Virus record (IMG/VR): IMGVR_UViG_3300025000_000053
Coordinates: 62,001 to 126,000 of that record
Strand: one strand, 5' to 3'
Length of the DNA: 64,000 nt
Shown piece after piece: positions 9,364 through 19,561 of this stretch (positions are counted from its first letter, which is position 1; the number at the start of each line of letters is the position of its first letter). The notes below the pieces were generated by a model, which was given only the letters and a program-made list of their open reading frames with translations, was not told the DNA's origin and did not search any database. The translations under genes were made by a program, and so were the position numbers.

Positions 9364-10089
9364 TTAAAAATTAAAGAATTCTTTATCTGATTTTGGTCTA
9401 TATACAAAGCCTTTAACTTCTTCTTTATCTTTATTATTAACATCTGAAATAGGATGATACTTTTTAGTACTAATAGTAATATTATTTAAATCTTCTCCCT
9501 TATCTAAACAACTCACATAATAATTTAATAATTGTTGTGAATATGTATATATATCAACTTTACTTAATGTATAAAATAATGATTCAAAAGCATCAATAGG
9601 TAATTCAATAAAATTATCACTATTATTTATATACATAATAACACCCTCATATGAAACTTCATTTTCATCATATATAATTGAAGGTTTTAATATCATTCTT
9701 TGATTTAAACCTAAGTTATAAATCTTTAATGTATATTTATCTACCATATCAGGATATATTACAATTTCTCCTTTAGAATTCATTGCAAATATTTCATCAC
9801 CATATAGATTAGTTAACATAGTTTTAAAATTCTTTATTAACTGATATATATTACGTTGAGTAATCATAATAGATCTACTCTTATCCCATTCTTCTTCTTT
9901 ATTATTAATATCTAATGATAAATAAACTGATGGATTTAAAGTAAGATATTTAACCTTATTAAATTCAAATTTTTTATGATAACTTTCTAACTTATTATTT
10001 TTTTCTTGATATAATTTAACATTAATTTTTAAATTAAAATTTTTAACTGGTTGTAAAATAACTCTACTAATTCTTTGTACTTTATTCAT
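9364..10089 (-). CDS. Hypothetical jumbo-phage protein
   Basis: 241-aa ORF. Confidence 0.75.
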   Translation of the reverse strand: MNKVQRISRVILQPVKNFNLKINVKLYQEKNNKLESYHKKFEFNKVKYLTLNPSVYLSLDINNKEEEWDKSRSIMITQRNIYQLIKNFKTMLTNLYGDEIFAMNSKGEIVIYPDMVDKYTLKIYNLGLNQRMILKPSIIYDENEVSYEGVIMYINNSDNFIELPIDAFESLFYTLSKVDIYTYSQQLLNYYVSCLDKGEDLNNITISTKKYHPISDVNNKDKEEVKGFVYRPKSDKEFFNF

Positions 10090-10196
10090 TATATCACCCT
10101 AACAAATAAAATGCTCTATTATTAAGTTGAGGATGAAATAAAAAAATAATAAAGTGATAAATATAAATAATTTATCACTTTATTAATCAATATTAT

Positions 10197-10655
10197 TTAG
10201 TTGGAATATGTGGGGTATATTGAAGTAATTGGTATATTACACATATAAAAATAATTTGCTAATTCAGGTGACAGTTCATAAATTTTTTCTATTATTTTTT
10301 CACATACTTCAATATTTTCATCAGAATTAGCAGATACTCCAATAATACGTCGTTTTTTATTTTCAGTAATAAAAATTGTATTATTAATTTTTTCGTTGAA
10401 AATTATACTAATTCTTAATTCACCCAAAACCCAACTGTAACTTATCACAGGAACGTTTTTAAAATTACCACTTTCCTGTTTAGATGTATAAAAATCATTT
10501 AAGTCACATTTAATTAATTTATCCCAATCAGGTAAATTGATAACATTCTGAATACAACTATAATACTGTTTTAAGATATTATTATAGTCATCATCAGATA
10601 TTTCCTCACTAATTATGGGTCCATTTAAAAAGTTAAATTGTTTTTTATTTGCCAT
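10197..10655 (-). CDS. Hypothetical protein
   Basis: 152-aa ORF; GGAGG SD; promoter motif at 10693. Confidence 0.7.
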   Translation of the reverse strand: MANKKQFNFLNGPIISEEISDDDYNNILKQYYSCIQNVINLPDWDKLIKCDLNDFYTSKQESGNFKNVPVISYSWVLGELRISIIFNEKINNTIFITENKKRRIIGVSANSDENIEVCEKIIEKIYELSPELANYFYMCNIPITSIYPTYSN

Positions 10656-10728
10656 TATAAAACCTCCAAATAAATTTATTTATTTCTAATTAATAATATA
10701 TATTTAATATACATATTAAATTATTATA

Positions 10729-13700
10729 TTAAATATCTTCTTCTATACCATTCATTTTAATCTTAATATAAAAAAGATTTGTATTTTCATTCTCCTTCCT
10801 TTTAACTTGAAATTTATTATTAATATCTCTTATAGATTTAATTCTATCTAAATATTCTTCTTTATTTTCATAATCAAGTGAAACAAAACATTTATTTGGT
10901 TCGTCTTCTTTACGATAACTAAATAAATCTTTTTCAAATAAACATTTAAAACTCTCTGGTTCTCTTGAATCATCAAAGAATAATCCATGAGTTTTACAGA
11001 ATGGTGTTACAATACCTGAAGTTCCCATAATGTTCATATAGATAGTTAATCTATACAGTTCTCCTATGAACTTCCCTAAGCTTTCCTTAGGATATCAGAC
11101 TATATCACCATCTCTATATAATAATATTTAATATAGAGAGTTACCTATTTCGATTTAAGGGATTTTCACCCACTCACTTGAGCCCTACTCCTAATGCTTA
11201 TTTCAAAGCTAAAGGATAGTCGTTGAACTTTATTCTTATATATAATAAGAATCTTAGCTGCGGATCACTCAATCTTTTACCTTGTTACCATACCCTAGAT
11301 AGTTAGTCTAAGCCATTATATTATTACTAATATAACTTGGTAGTAAAAGCTCTAAGAACTTCCCCGACAATTAAAGTAATTTTCATTATAGATTATTCCA
11401 TAATGTCCCAGATTTTACATTTCTAGGATCTGAATTGCCGCATACGTTAATATCGAGCTTCCCAATGTAAGATGGGTGAATATCACGATATTTTTTTGAT
11501 ATCCTATTATCATTCTTGTTCCCAACACTATTCGGTTTTTAATTCACATAGATCGTTAATCTATGCAGTTCTCTTATGAACTTCCTTATCTCTCGATAAG
11601 ATAATAGACTATATCTTCATCCATTATATAATCAGTATAATGGAGTTTCCTATTTCGATTTAAGGGATTCTCACCCACCTACTTAGGCCCTACTCCTATT
11701 GTGTATTCCAACACTAAAGGATAGTCGTTGAACTTTATTGTTATATTAAAAAGTATAGTTTTTTGATATATGCACCCATGAAATCCTTTTTTTTATTTTC
11801 CATATTAATCCATTGTATGCCATATTTATTTGTATATTTTTAGATAACATATTTAATTCCTCTTTTATTTCATAAGTGGAATATTTCTTTTCTAATAAAT
11901 TACATATATCATGAATTAATTTTGCTGAATATTTGTTATACACATGGGATTCACCCTTAGACGGATGTTGTAATCCTTTAATCCATGAATGTTCAATATT
12001 CTCTTTAGGAGTAACCCATTCTAAATTCTTATAATAATTATTACCTTTAAAAGTATCCTTATGATTAATTTGAATAATTTTTTCATTGAAAAATATTTTT
12101 AGTGGTAAAAAATAATATCCAACTAATCTGTGCACATAAAATTTTCTCCTTCTAGTATAAATAGCTACCAATGAACATCTTAAATATCCATCTTTATCAA
12201 CAAATGGTTTTATAAGTTTATCAGTTAGTTTATTTCTAACTCTACCATAATTACTAATTTCATATATGTCTTTTACATTATATTCTATAATGTCTTTCCA
12301 TTCTTCTTCATGGGTTTGAATGTGTATTATCATTTAAAACACCTCTTAATATAACAATCTTAGCTGCGGATTACTCAATCCTAAAACCTTTTTACCATAC
12401 CTTAGTTGATTAGACTAAGCCACTATATTGTTCCCAATATAGTTTGGTAGTTTTAGGCTATAAGAGATTTCCCGACAATTAAAGAAAACACAGGCCCTTA
12501 ATTGACCTTTAATAGTATATCTCAGTTTACTAAAAAAGTCCATATCATTTATTTTATCATCAAATCTCAATAGTCCTGAATCATGTAAATTCTGAATTAA
12601 TATATCGCCTGGGAATTTAAATATTTCTTCAATATTTTCTAAAGTCATTTTATTACCTAAACTTATAACTCTATTCATTCTTTTACTAAATGCTTTAGTT
12701 AATAAAGAAGCAATATATTCATTACATCTTAATCTTTTATTGTCTATAGATAAATTATCTTTCTTTCTTAATTCATCAAAATTTTGAATCATCCATCTGA
12801 TAACTGAATAAACATTCTTTCGATGTTCATAGTCTATCTTCAATATATTCTTAGTAGTTTCATCTATTAATCTATCAAAGAAAACTAAAGTATTTAATCC
12901 TTTTTCATAATAATTATAAGCCATAGTAGCACTTAAGCTACCGATACGTCCAACCCAATACTCTAAATCATTTAAAAATTCAAAACTTAATCTATTATTA
13001 GAAACATTTATAATCATGAAAACTATACTCTGTACATATAGATATTTGTTAAAGAAGAATCTATTTACTTTTATTAATATTTTCTTATTAATACGAAAAT
13101 ATATATATTTGTCTAAATCTACTTCTGTTTCAGTAAATTCTATAATAGAATCTAGTGAGAAATATTTAAGTGTTTTTTCAACACCCATTTTAGCAAAATA
13201 AAATAAAAGTACATCGACTTCTTTTCTAAACACAAATACCCCATAAGTATTAGCAGTATAAGTTTCTCCTTGAGTATCTGGATATTCCTTTTTATTTCTT
13301 TTTAAAGATAATGGCATTAATGATTTAAGAATTAAATTCTGTTTGGTTGTATAAGTTGAACTATCAACAAGTTGATATATTAAGAAATATTTTTTACCTT
13401 TAATAGTGTAATAACCATTTTCATCTGGAATTGGTATTAATAATTTCTTAGTAAATAATTTACTCTTATTCTTACAATTTAAATTAAATCTTAGTTTTAA
13501 TTCCCCATATCGACTATCTTGTAAATACATATATTTTTCTGAAACTTTTTTATTTCCTTCTTTAGTTTGTTTAACTTTCTGTCTTGTTGATATATAATCA
13601 TTGATATCAATCTTAGATTCATCATCAATGAATTCATATCCAAGAAATTTGATATTCTTAAGAATCTCTAATGATTTACAACTATTAGCAATATAATGAA

Positions 13701-13788
13701 TCAATTCATCATCATAATTATGATTAATTATATCATAGTTGATTCTTTCCTCATTTGGGTTATTATAATGAGTTATAAACTTCTTCAT
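10729..13788 (-). CDS. rpoB: Multisubunit RNA polymerase beta-like subunit, N-terminal half (non-virion type); 3 exons, about 563 aa
   Basis: Exons 13788-12505, 11535-11425 and 11025-10729. Splicing gives LRYTIKG|PNSVG...RDIHPSYIG...SDP|GTSGIVTPF, the beta GPGGL/RDVH region. Confidence 0.85.
11026..11424 (-). ncRNA. Group I (IA-like) intron I2, no ORF
   Basis: 5' splice site CCT|, terminal G; core elements AATTGTCGGGGAA, GATCCGCAGC, GTTCAACGACTA, GATATAGTC; P1 TCCT/GGGA. Confidence 0.9.
11536..12504 (-). mobile_element. Group I intron I1 carrying an HNH endonuclease; apparent terminal omega-A
   Basis: 5' splice site GGT| with P1 AGGT/GCCT; canonical P, Q, R, S elements; ORF in the P6a loop; 3' end GTGAATTAAAAA|CCG. 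Confidence 0.85.
11746..12333 (-). CDS. Intron-encoded NUMOD4-HNH homing endonuclease
   Basis: WKDI...YEISNYGRVR, VHRLV, INHKD...NNYYKNLEWVTPKEN. Confidence 0.9.
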   Translation of the reverse strand: MIIHIQTHEEEWKDIIEYNVKDIYEISNYGRVRNKLTDKLIKPFVDKDGYLRCSLVAIYTRRRKFYVHRLVGYYFLPLKIFFNEKIIQINHKDTFKGNNYYKNLEWVTPKENIEHSWIKGLQHPSKGESHVYNKYSAKLIHDICNLLEKKYSTYEIKEELNMLSKNIQINMAYNGLIWKIKKRISWVHISKNYTF

Positions 13789-13838
13789 ATAATTTTTTAT
13801 ACCACCTTTCTAGAAAAATATAATACTATAAACAATTT

Positions 13839-13878
13839 TTATCCAATAGGAAACCAATTAAGGCTTCCTATTGGATAA
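13839..13878 (-). terminator. Hairpin/terminator upstream of the RNAP beta-N gene
   Basis: TTATCCAATAGGAA...TTCCTATTGGATAA, 14-bp stem. Confidence 0.55.
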
Positions 13879-13888
13879 TGTATATTTT

Positions 13889-14254
13889 TTATTCCTCTTC
13901 ATCCTCAGTGGTATTATCATCTTTAACCATGAGTTTAAATTCTTGACCAGGGATTAAGAACGGTGTGAAGTTACCTACTTTTTCACCTTCATCATTTTCC
14001 CTATAAGAAATACCCATGTCAAACAGCTGCATTAAATTGATAGAAATATCTTCCCCAGCAGTTTTCTTTTCATTTAGATAAGCAATTGATTGCTGTAAGA
14101 AACGATATGCAATCGTTGCAATTGCTGGTGCATGTGTAACATTAATGTTGTGTTCACTGATAAGAGCTTTATTTGCTCTTTCACAAATTTTAGTAATTTC
14201 CTTCTGATTCTCTCTGATTTCCAAAAATACTGCATCATCCTTATTACTTGCCAT
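13889..14254 (-). CDS. Small conserved-looking protein, possibly HU/IHF-like
   Basis: C-terminal NFTPFLIPGQEFKLMVK echoes the HU P-x-F-x-P-G-x2-L-K motif (weak). Confidence 0.6.
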   Translation of the reverse strand: MASNKDDAVFLEIRENQKEITKICERANKALISEHNINVTHAPAIATIAYRFLQQSIAYLNEKKTAGEDISINLMQLFDMGISYRENDEGEKVGNFTPFLIPGQEFKLMVKDDNTTEDEEE

Positions 14255-14305
14255 AATAAATAACCTCCCCTTATTTTTTAATACTAATATTTTGTTATTA
14301 GCATA

Positions 14306-14851
14306 TTAGTTTTTAATTTTATTAAATTTAAAAATGATATCATGTAATTTCATAGTCATAAATTCATCTTCTTTTGAGTACAGTTTTTCACTAAATTTGT
14401 ATTCAAGAGCTTGACTTAAAAAAGCATGAACTATAGTGAAAATCGCATCAGATGAAGTGATATTGATATCAAATTTCATTAAAAGAATATCATTAGCCAT
14501 ATCACAAAGTTCATTATTCTTTTCATCAGTGTTTAATAAAATAGCAACTTCTGAATTAGTTTCCCGTTCAATATAATCATCATGAACAGGTTTTATTAAA
14601 TAAATAATGTCTTGAACTTTACTATTCATATAGCAAAAAAGATTAATATCATCTAACTGTATTCTACTTTCTTTATTCTTTTCTCTATCAATTAAACCAT
14701 GTAAAAAAGCATACACAATTGTAGCAACCGATGGATATAATAAAATATCTATATTATTTAATTCATATAATCTTTTAGATGTTCTCTTACAAATTTCTCT
14801 TTCAGAATCATTTATTTTTATTAACAAACAGTCCAGATCAATACTACTCAA
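14306..14851 (-). CDS. Hypothetical protein with two repeats homologous to the N-terminus of 13889..14254
   Basis: EICKRTSK..ATIVYAFL and ELCDMAND..FTIVHAFL versus KICERANK..ATIAYRFL. Confidence 0.65.
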   Translation of the reverse strand: MSSIDLDCLLIKINDSEREICKRTSKRLYELNNIDILLYPSVATIVYAFLHGLIDREKNKESRIQLDDINLFCYMNSKVQDIIYLIKPVHDDYIERETNSEVAILLNTDEKNNELCDMANDILLMKFDINITSSDAIFTIVHAFLSQALEYKFSEKLYSKEDEFMTMKLHDIIFKFNKIKN

Positions 14852-14873
14852 CTGTCACAAAACCCCCTGTGTA

Positions 14874-17036
14874 TCAATTTTTTCTTTCATATTTAAATAT
14901 TTTGTAAGCATCCTCTAATGTTACAATAGGTATATAATCTTTTTTAGCTTTATCAACTTTAGATGATTGAACACCTAAATCTTTTACAACTACCATATCA
15001 ATCCCTTTATTATAATTATCAACAACTAGTATGTTTTTATCGTCAAGGAATTTTTCAAATTCCCTATCACGGATTTTAGTAAAACATACTTTACCAATAT
15101 ATTCACGCAAATCTTCTTTTATAACTAATTCGGAACATAAGAAATTTATAAGTTCAATATTACTATTTACTCCTTTAATTATCTTTTCAGCTGTTTTATT
15201 TTTTATTCCTCCTATCATAGTTAATTTTTTTACATCATTATTTAAACATATATCTTTTAATTCATTCAAATAATATATATTTAAAATACGTTTAAATATT
15301 TTTCTCCCTATATCGGGTATCCCCAAAGAACCTAATAATTCATAGTTATAAACAGTTTTACGACTTTTAATACTATCAACTATTTTATTAAATATTTTTT
15401 CACCAAATCCTTTAAATAATAGGATTGTTTGTTTATGATCTTTAATAAAGTATAAATCTTTAATACTTTTTACAACACCTAATTCATATAATAATGTGAT
15501 AATACCACTAGAAATATTAGGTATAGATATCTTTTCAGCATAATTTATAATTTTACCTATTTTTCTAGAATCACAATTTTCATTAACACATTTTAATATA
15601 GGATCTTTAACTAATGGTTGTTTACAATAACGACATTCTGTTGGAGTTTTAAATAGTTTACCTTTTTCATTTCTTTTACAAGTTTCATCTATAATTAAAT
15701 ATGGAATTACATCATACTTAATTATAACTTCATCACCTTTTCTTAATTTACGTTCTTCAAATGTATCTATAGAACCTAAAGAAATATTAGTTATTGTATT
15801 ACCATTTATTTTAACTGGTTCAATTATAGCAACAGGTGCTATTGAACCTAAAATACCAGTTGACATTATAACATCTTTAATTATAGTTCTTTTTTGTTCA
15901 GGTGGTAACTTATATGCAACTTCAAATTTATTAATATTATTTTCTCTCCCAAGTTGTTTAATGGTATTTTCATTTGCAAGAGTTATAACAACACCATCAA
16001 TCGGGATACCATCTTTTCTAACTGAACGAACCATAGTTTCTATAACTCGTTCAATATAATCAAAGTCAGTAATATCTTCAATTAAACTAAATCCTATTCT
16101 ACTATTTAAAATTGATGTAGCAAATTCATCACTTATTCTCTGATATTGAAGAGGTATTATTGTTAGATATTTTAAAAGATTTTTATTTATATCTTTACTT
16201 GTATTAAGAATTGATGAAACTGCACTTCTTGAACTTTTTAATATTCTTTCATTCTTACAAAATTCTTCAAAATCAAAATCCTTCATAATAATTTCTGTTT
16301 TTACACCATAGTCCTCATTAAATATCATAAACTCATATTTATTATCGTCACACATCATAACCTCTTTATAATATTTAATATCTACAAGACCAAAATTAAA
16401 TTTGATTCCATTAAATAAATCAGTTATATCTATTGCTTCATTATTATCAACATCACCTCTAGTTAAAACTTTGTCAGCTGTTTTTAAATTAGATTTAAAT
16501 TCAAAAATACCAGATATACCATCATATTTTGGTGTCATTCTAGCAACTTTCTCAACATTATTTAACTTTCTCCCTAATTTATTTTCAATACCTTTTATCC
16601 AATCTTCTAAAGATTTTCTATTATCCTTTCCCTTATCTTTCTTTCTAATAAAATGAATTTTATCTAAAGTACCTCTTAAAGCTGGATAACTGTGATAACC
16701 TATTTTTCTATCTTTAACTTTATTAATAGGAGCACCAACAATTTCTTTCATTTGTAAGTCTTTGTTCAGTTCATATAATCTATCATAATCTTCATCACTA
16801 ACAGGAGAATCAACTTCACTATTATTATAAATATCTTGCAGTATCTTTATTATTAATTCAATAATAATTAAATCATCTGAATTATAATTTTCAGTCCCAC
16901 TTAATAAAATATTTATAATTCTATTAATTCCAATGGTATTTAATTTTTCTACAATCACTTCATAATCATCAAAAATATCTAATCTTTCAACAAAAATAAC
17001 TGATAATGAATCAATAATATTTTTTTTGTCTAACAT
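14874..17036 (-). CDS. ligA: NAD-dependent DNA ligase
   Basis: TPKYDG adenylation motif, TRGD, DGVVI, AYK, C4 zinc finger, HhH and BRCT-like C-terminus. Confidence 0.95.
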   Translation of the reverse strand: MLDKKNIIDSLSVIFVERLDIFDDYEVIVEKLNTIGINRIINILLSGTENYNSDDLIIIELIIKILQDIYNNSEVDSPVSDEDYDRLYELNKDLQMKEIVGAPINKVKDRKIGYHSYPALRGTLDKIHFIRKKDKGKDNRKSLEDWIKGIENKLGRKLNNVEKVARMTPKYDGISGIFEFKSNLKTADKVLTRGDVDNNEAIDITDLFNGIKFNFGLVDIKYYKEVMMCDDNKYEFMIFNEDYGVKTEIIMKDFDFEEFCKNERILKSSRSAVSSILNTSKDINKNLLKYLTIIPLQYQRISDEFATSILNSRIGFSLIEDITDFDYIERVIETMVRSVRKDGIPIDGVVITLANENTIKQLGRENNINKFEVAYKLPPEQKRTIIKDVIMSTGILGSIAPVAIIEPVKINGNTITNISLGSIDTFEERKLRKGDEVIIKYDVIPYLIIDETCKRNEKGKLFKTPTECRYCKQPLVKDPILKCVNENCDSRKIGKIINYAEKISIPNISSGIITLLYELGVVKSIKDLYFIKDHKQTILLFKGFGEKIFNKIVDSIKSRKTVYNYELLGSLGIPDIGRKIFKRILNIYYLNELKDICLNNDVKKLTMIGGIKNKTAEKIIKGVNSNIELINFLCSELVIKEDLREYIGKVCFTKIRDREFEKFLDDKNILVVDNYNKGIDMVVVKDLGVQSSKVDKAKKDYIPIVTLEDAYKIFKYERKN

Positions 17037-17129
17037 ATTAAAGCCTCCTAAAGTTTTTATATTATGTTAAATATATAATATATAAATAAAAAATAAAGGT
17101 TATTATTTTAACCTTCATTTTATTTGTTT

Positions 17130-18137
17130 TTAATATCCTTGGTATCCTTCTTCAATTTTTTCTATAAAATTAATTTCATACTTGTTAAGTTTAAAGGTTT
17201 GTATTCCAATCCATGAAGAATAAGTTGGATAAATTTCTCCTTTGTGTTTAAATGCAGGAAACCTAAACCCTGTTTTAGTTATAACTGTTAATAATTTACT
17301 ATTTCTTTTTGTACTTTCATTTTTAATACTAGGGTATCCACCTTCATACAAAGAATATCCATCTACTACAATATAGTCCTTATATTTAAGTTGTTTTGTA
17401 GTATAATATACTCTCATTAATAAACCAGAAACCAATTTAGCTTTAGTAGAAGATTTATATCTATCATAATGGTAATCCTTGGTTTTTCTATGAAGAACAA
17501 GTTTCTTTCCATTATCCATATAAGAAACAAATTCTCCATTTTCAAGTACAAATAATCTAATTTCATATTGTCTATTAGGATTTACAGTAAATCTTGGGGT
17601 GGAACCAAAAATAATATGTGTATTTATAATTTTTCTATTAATAAAATCTAAAACAAAATTATATTTACCATATTTTTTATTACAATTAAAATCAAATTTT
17701 GCAATATTTATTAAGGTGATTTTACAAGTTTTGTTTGCATAAAACATAAAACGGTCTGTTAAATTACTGACGGATTCAACTCTATGAATAAAAACTTGCG
17801 GAAATTCATTTAAACTATTAATTTCTGTTATATTATATTTAAAAATTATTATATGATAACCTGGTTTAATCATAACTTTGGCTTGTTCATATTGATTAAT
17901 TTTTTTTGTATTATTAATGTATTCAGTATCACTATATCCATCACGGGTTATACCAATTGGTCTATTAAACTTTTCATCTGTTATTACCATAGCATATTCA
18001 TTTGGTTTTACAAATTCAGTTAAAAAACAATTTTTTAATTTATTTTCGAAATAAATATTGTATTTTTTATTAACTTCTGTTGTATCAAGTTCATATAAAT
18101 TTAAATCAATAGGTTCATCAAGTGTATCAACAATCAC
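17130..18137 (-). CDS. Hypothetical protein
   Basis: 335-aa ORF; AAGGAG SD; promoter motif at 18193. Confidence 0.7.
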   Translation of the reverse strand: MIVDTLDEPIDLNLYELDTTEVNKKYNIYFENKLKNCFLTEFVKPNEYAMVITDEKFNRPIGITRDGYSDTEYINNTKKINQYEQAKVMIKPGYHIIIFKYNITEINSLNEFPQVFIHRVESVSNLTDRFMFYANKTCKITLINIAKFDFNCNKKYGKYNFVLDFINRKIINTHIIFGSTPRFTVNPNRQYEIRLFVLENGEFVSYMDNGKKLVLHRKTKDYHYDRYKSSTKAKLVSGLLMRVYYTTKQLKYKDYIVVDGYSLYEGGYPSIKNESTKRNSKLLTVITKTGFRFPAFKHKGEIYPTYSSWIGIQTFKLNKYEINFIEKIEEGYQGY

Positions 18138-18241
18138 AAAAACATCTCCTTTATTTTTATAAACTTTTCAAAATTGTTTATTTGTTATTATAATAATATA
18201 TAAATGAAAAAAATGAGGATTTAAGTATCCTCAATGATTTT

Positions 18242-19396
18242 TTAAAATCTAGCACCTTTAAATAAAAGCTTTAAATAATCTTCAGAAACAAAAACATCAC
18301 CAATATCTTTCATTTTTGGTATTTCTTTTTCTGGTTTAGGTTCAGAAGGTTGAATGGGAGTGAGAATGTCTAACGATTTTTTATTTTCAGCTTTTTTCTT
18401 TTTAAACTTATTGTATTCCATTATAAAAATATCAGGTAGTCCTGATATACATGTATCATTAAACTTGGTTCTAACTGTAGCATACCAAGTTAATGCCTCA
18501 TTGTGTAAACTTTGAACAGTATTAGCATTAAATAAATTTTTATTTACTTTAAAGAAATTTAATAATTGTAATTGGTCAATTTCTTTTGAATTACTTAAAA
18601 AATCATTTATATATTTTTTAAGTAATTTTATATTACCTTCATTACAAATAATCAAAGGATTATTCTGTTTCTTAAAAGAAATTACATCCTCAAGAATAAT
18701 CCTTTTCATAATCATTAATACTGTTTTTTCTGATAAGCCATTAAACAATTTTTTTACATCTTCATCATCCGCAATATCACTAAACGACTTTAATTTATCA
18801 TTAACCGTTTTAATAACTTCGACATCATCCAATAATGACAATGATTTTATTAAATCATTATATTCGGTGCCCAGTTCAATCTTAAGTGCTACGCCTATAT
18901 TTTTAATAAAGAAAGTTATCAATTCGTCTTTTACTAAATCTAGTGAGCAATTATTTAAAATTTCTTTTTCAATAAGGTTAACTTCTGGTTTTGTTGGTTC
19001 TATAACAGTAACAACGATTTTATCAACTTCGGTGGTATCTTGGGCTGAAGTTGTTGTTTCTTTTTTTTCATCACCGGTTTTTAATACAAAACCAGTAGAT
19101 AAATCATTGATTATATCATCGGTCTCAATAACAAGACCTTTAACATGTTCATTGACAAGTTCACTCATATTTTTAAACTCATCAATGATATTGTTTTCAT
19201 CTGAAAAATTTTCTTTCAAAAAAGTAATAACATTATCTTTTTCCCAAATTCCTCCAGGAACATGAATGTCATTAAGATAGGATTCATGTTCCTCAATAAA
19301 TTTTTTAAATTCACCCTCTGTATTAACATCTGTTGGAAGATTGTCAAAAAGTTCTTTTAAAATCTCCATTTTTTTCTTACCTAGATCACCAGCCAT
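18242..19396 (-). CDS. Hypothetical acidic/helical protein
   Basis: 384-aa ORF; AAGGAGG SD; promoter motif at 19487. Confidence 0.75.
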   Translation of the reverse strand: MAGDLGKKKMEILKELFDNLPTDVNTEGEFKKFIEEHESYLNDIHVPGGIWEKDNVITFLKENFSDENNIIDEFKNMSELVNEHVKGLVIETDDIINDLSTGFVLKTGDEKKETTTSAQDTTEVDKIVVTVIEPTKPEVNLIEKEILNNCSLDLVKDELITFFIKNIGVALKIELGTEYNDLIKSLSLLDDVEVIKTVNDKLKSFSDIADDEDVKKLFNGLSEKTVLMIMKRIILEDVISFKKQNNPLIICNEGNIKLLKKYINDFLSNSKEIDQLQLLNFFKVNKNLFNANTVQSLHNEALTWYATVRTKFNDTCISGLPDIFIMEYNKFKKKKAENKKSLDILTPIQPSEPKPEKEIPKMKDIGDVFVSEDYLKLLFKGARF

Positions 19397-19561
19397 ACAT
19401 TTTACCTCCTTAAATTTATATTTTTTTTATAATATTTACATAAGAATGGAACATAGATAAATTGAATCTTTTATTTATCTATAGTAATAATATATATTTG
19501 TAATGATGGAAATACGGAAAATCAATATACCGACATAATATTATGTCGGTATATTTTATTA

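Noticed and set aside
11533-11535. G of CCG as the terminal G of intron I1
   Set aside because: It breaks P9.0 and P10 pairing, gives 10-nt rather than 6-8-nt spacing, and deletes the Pro. It is less likely but not excluded.
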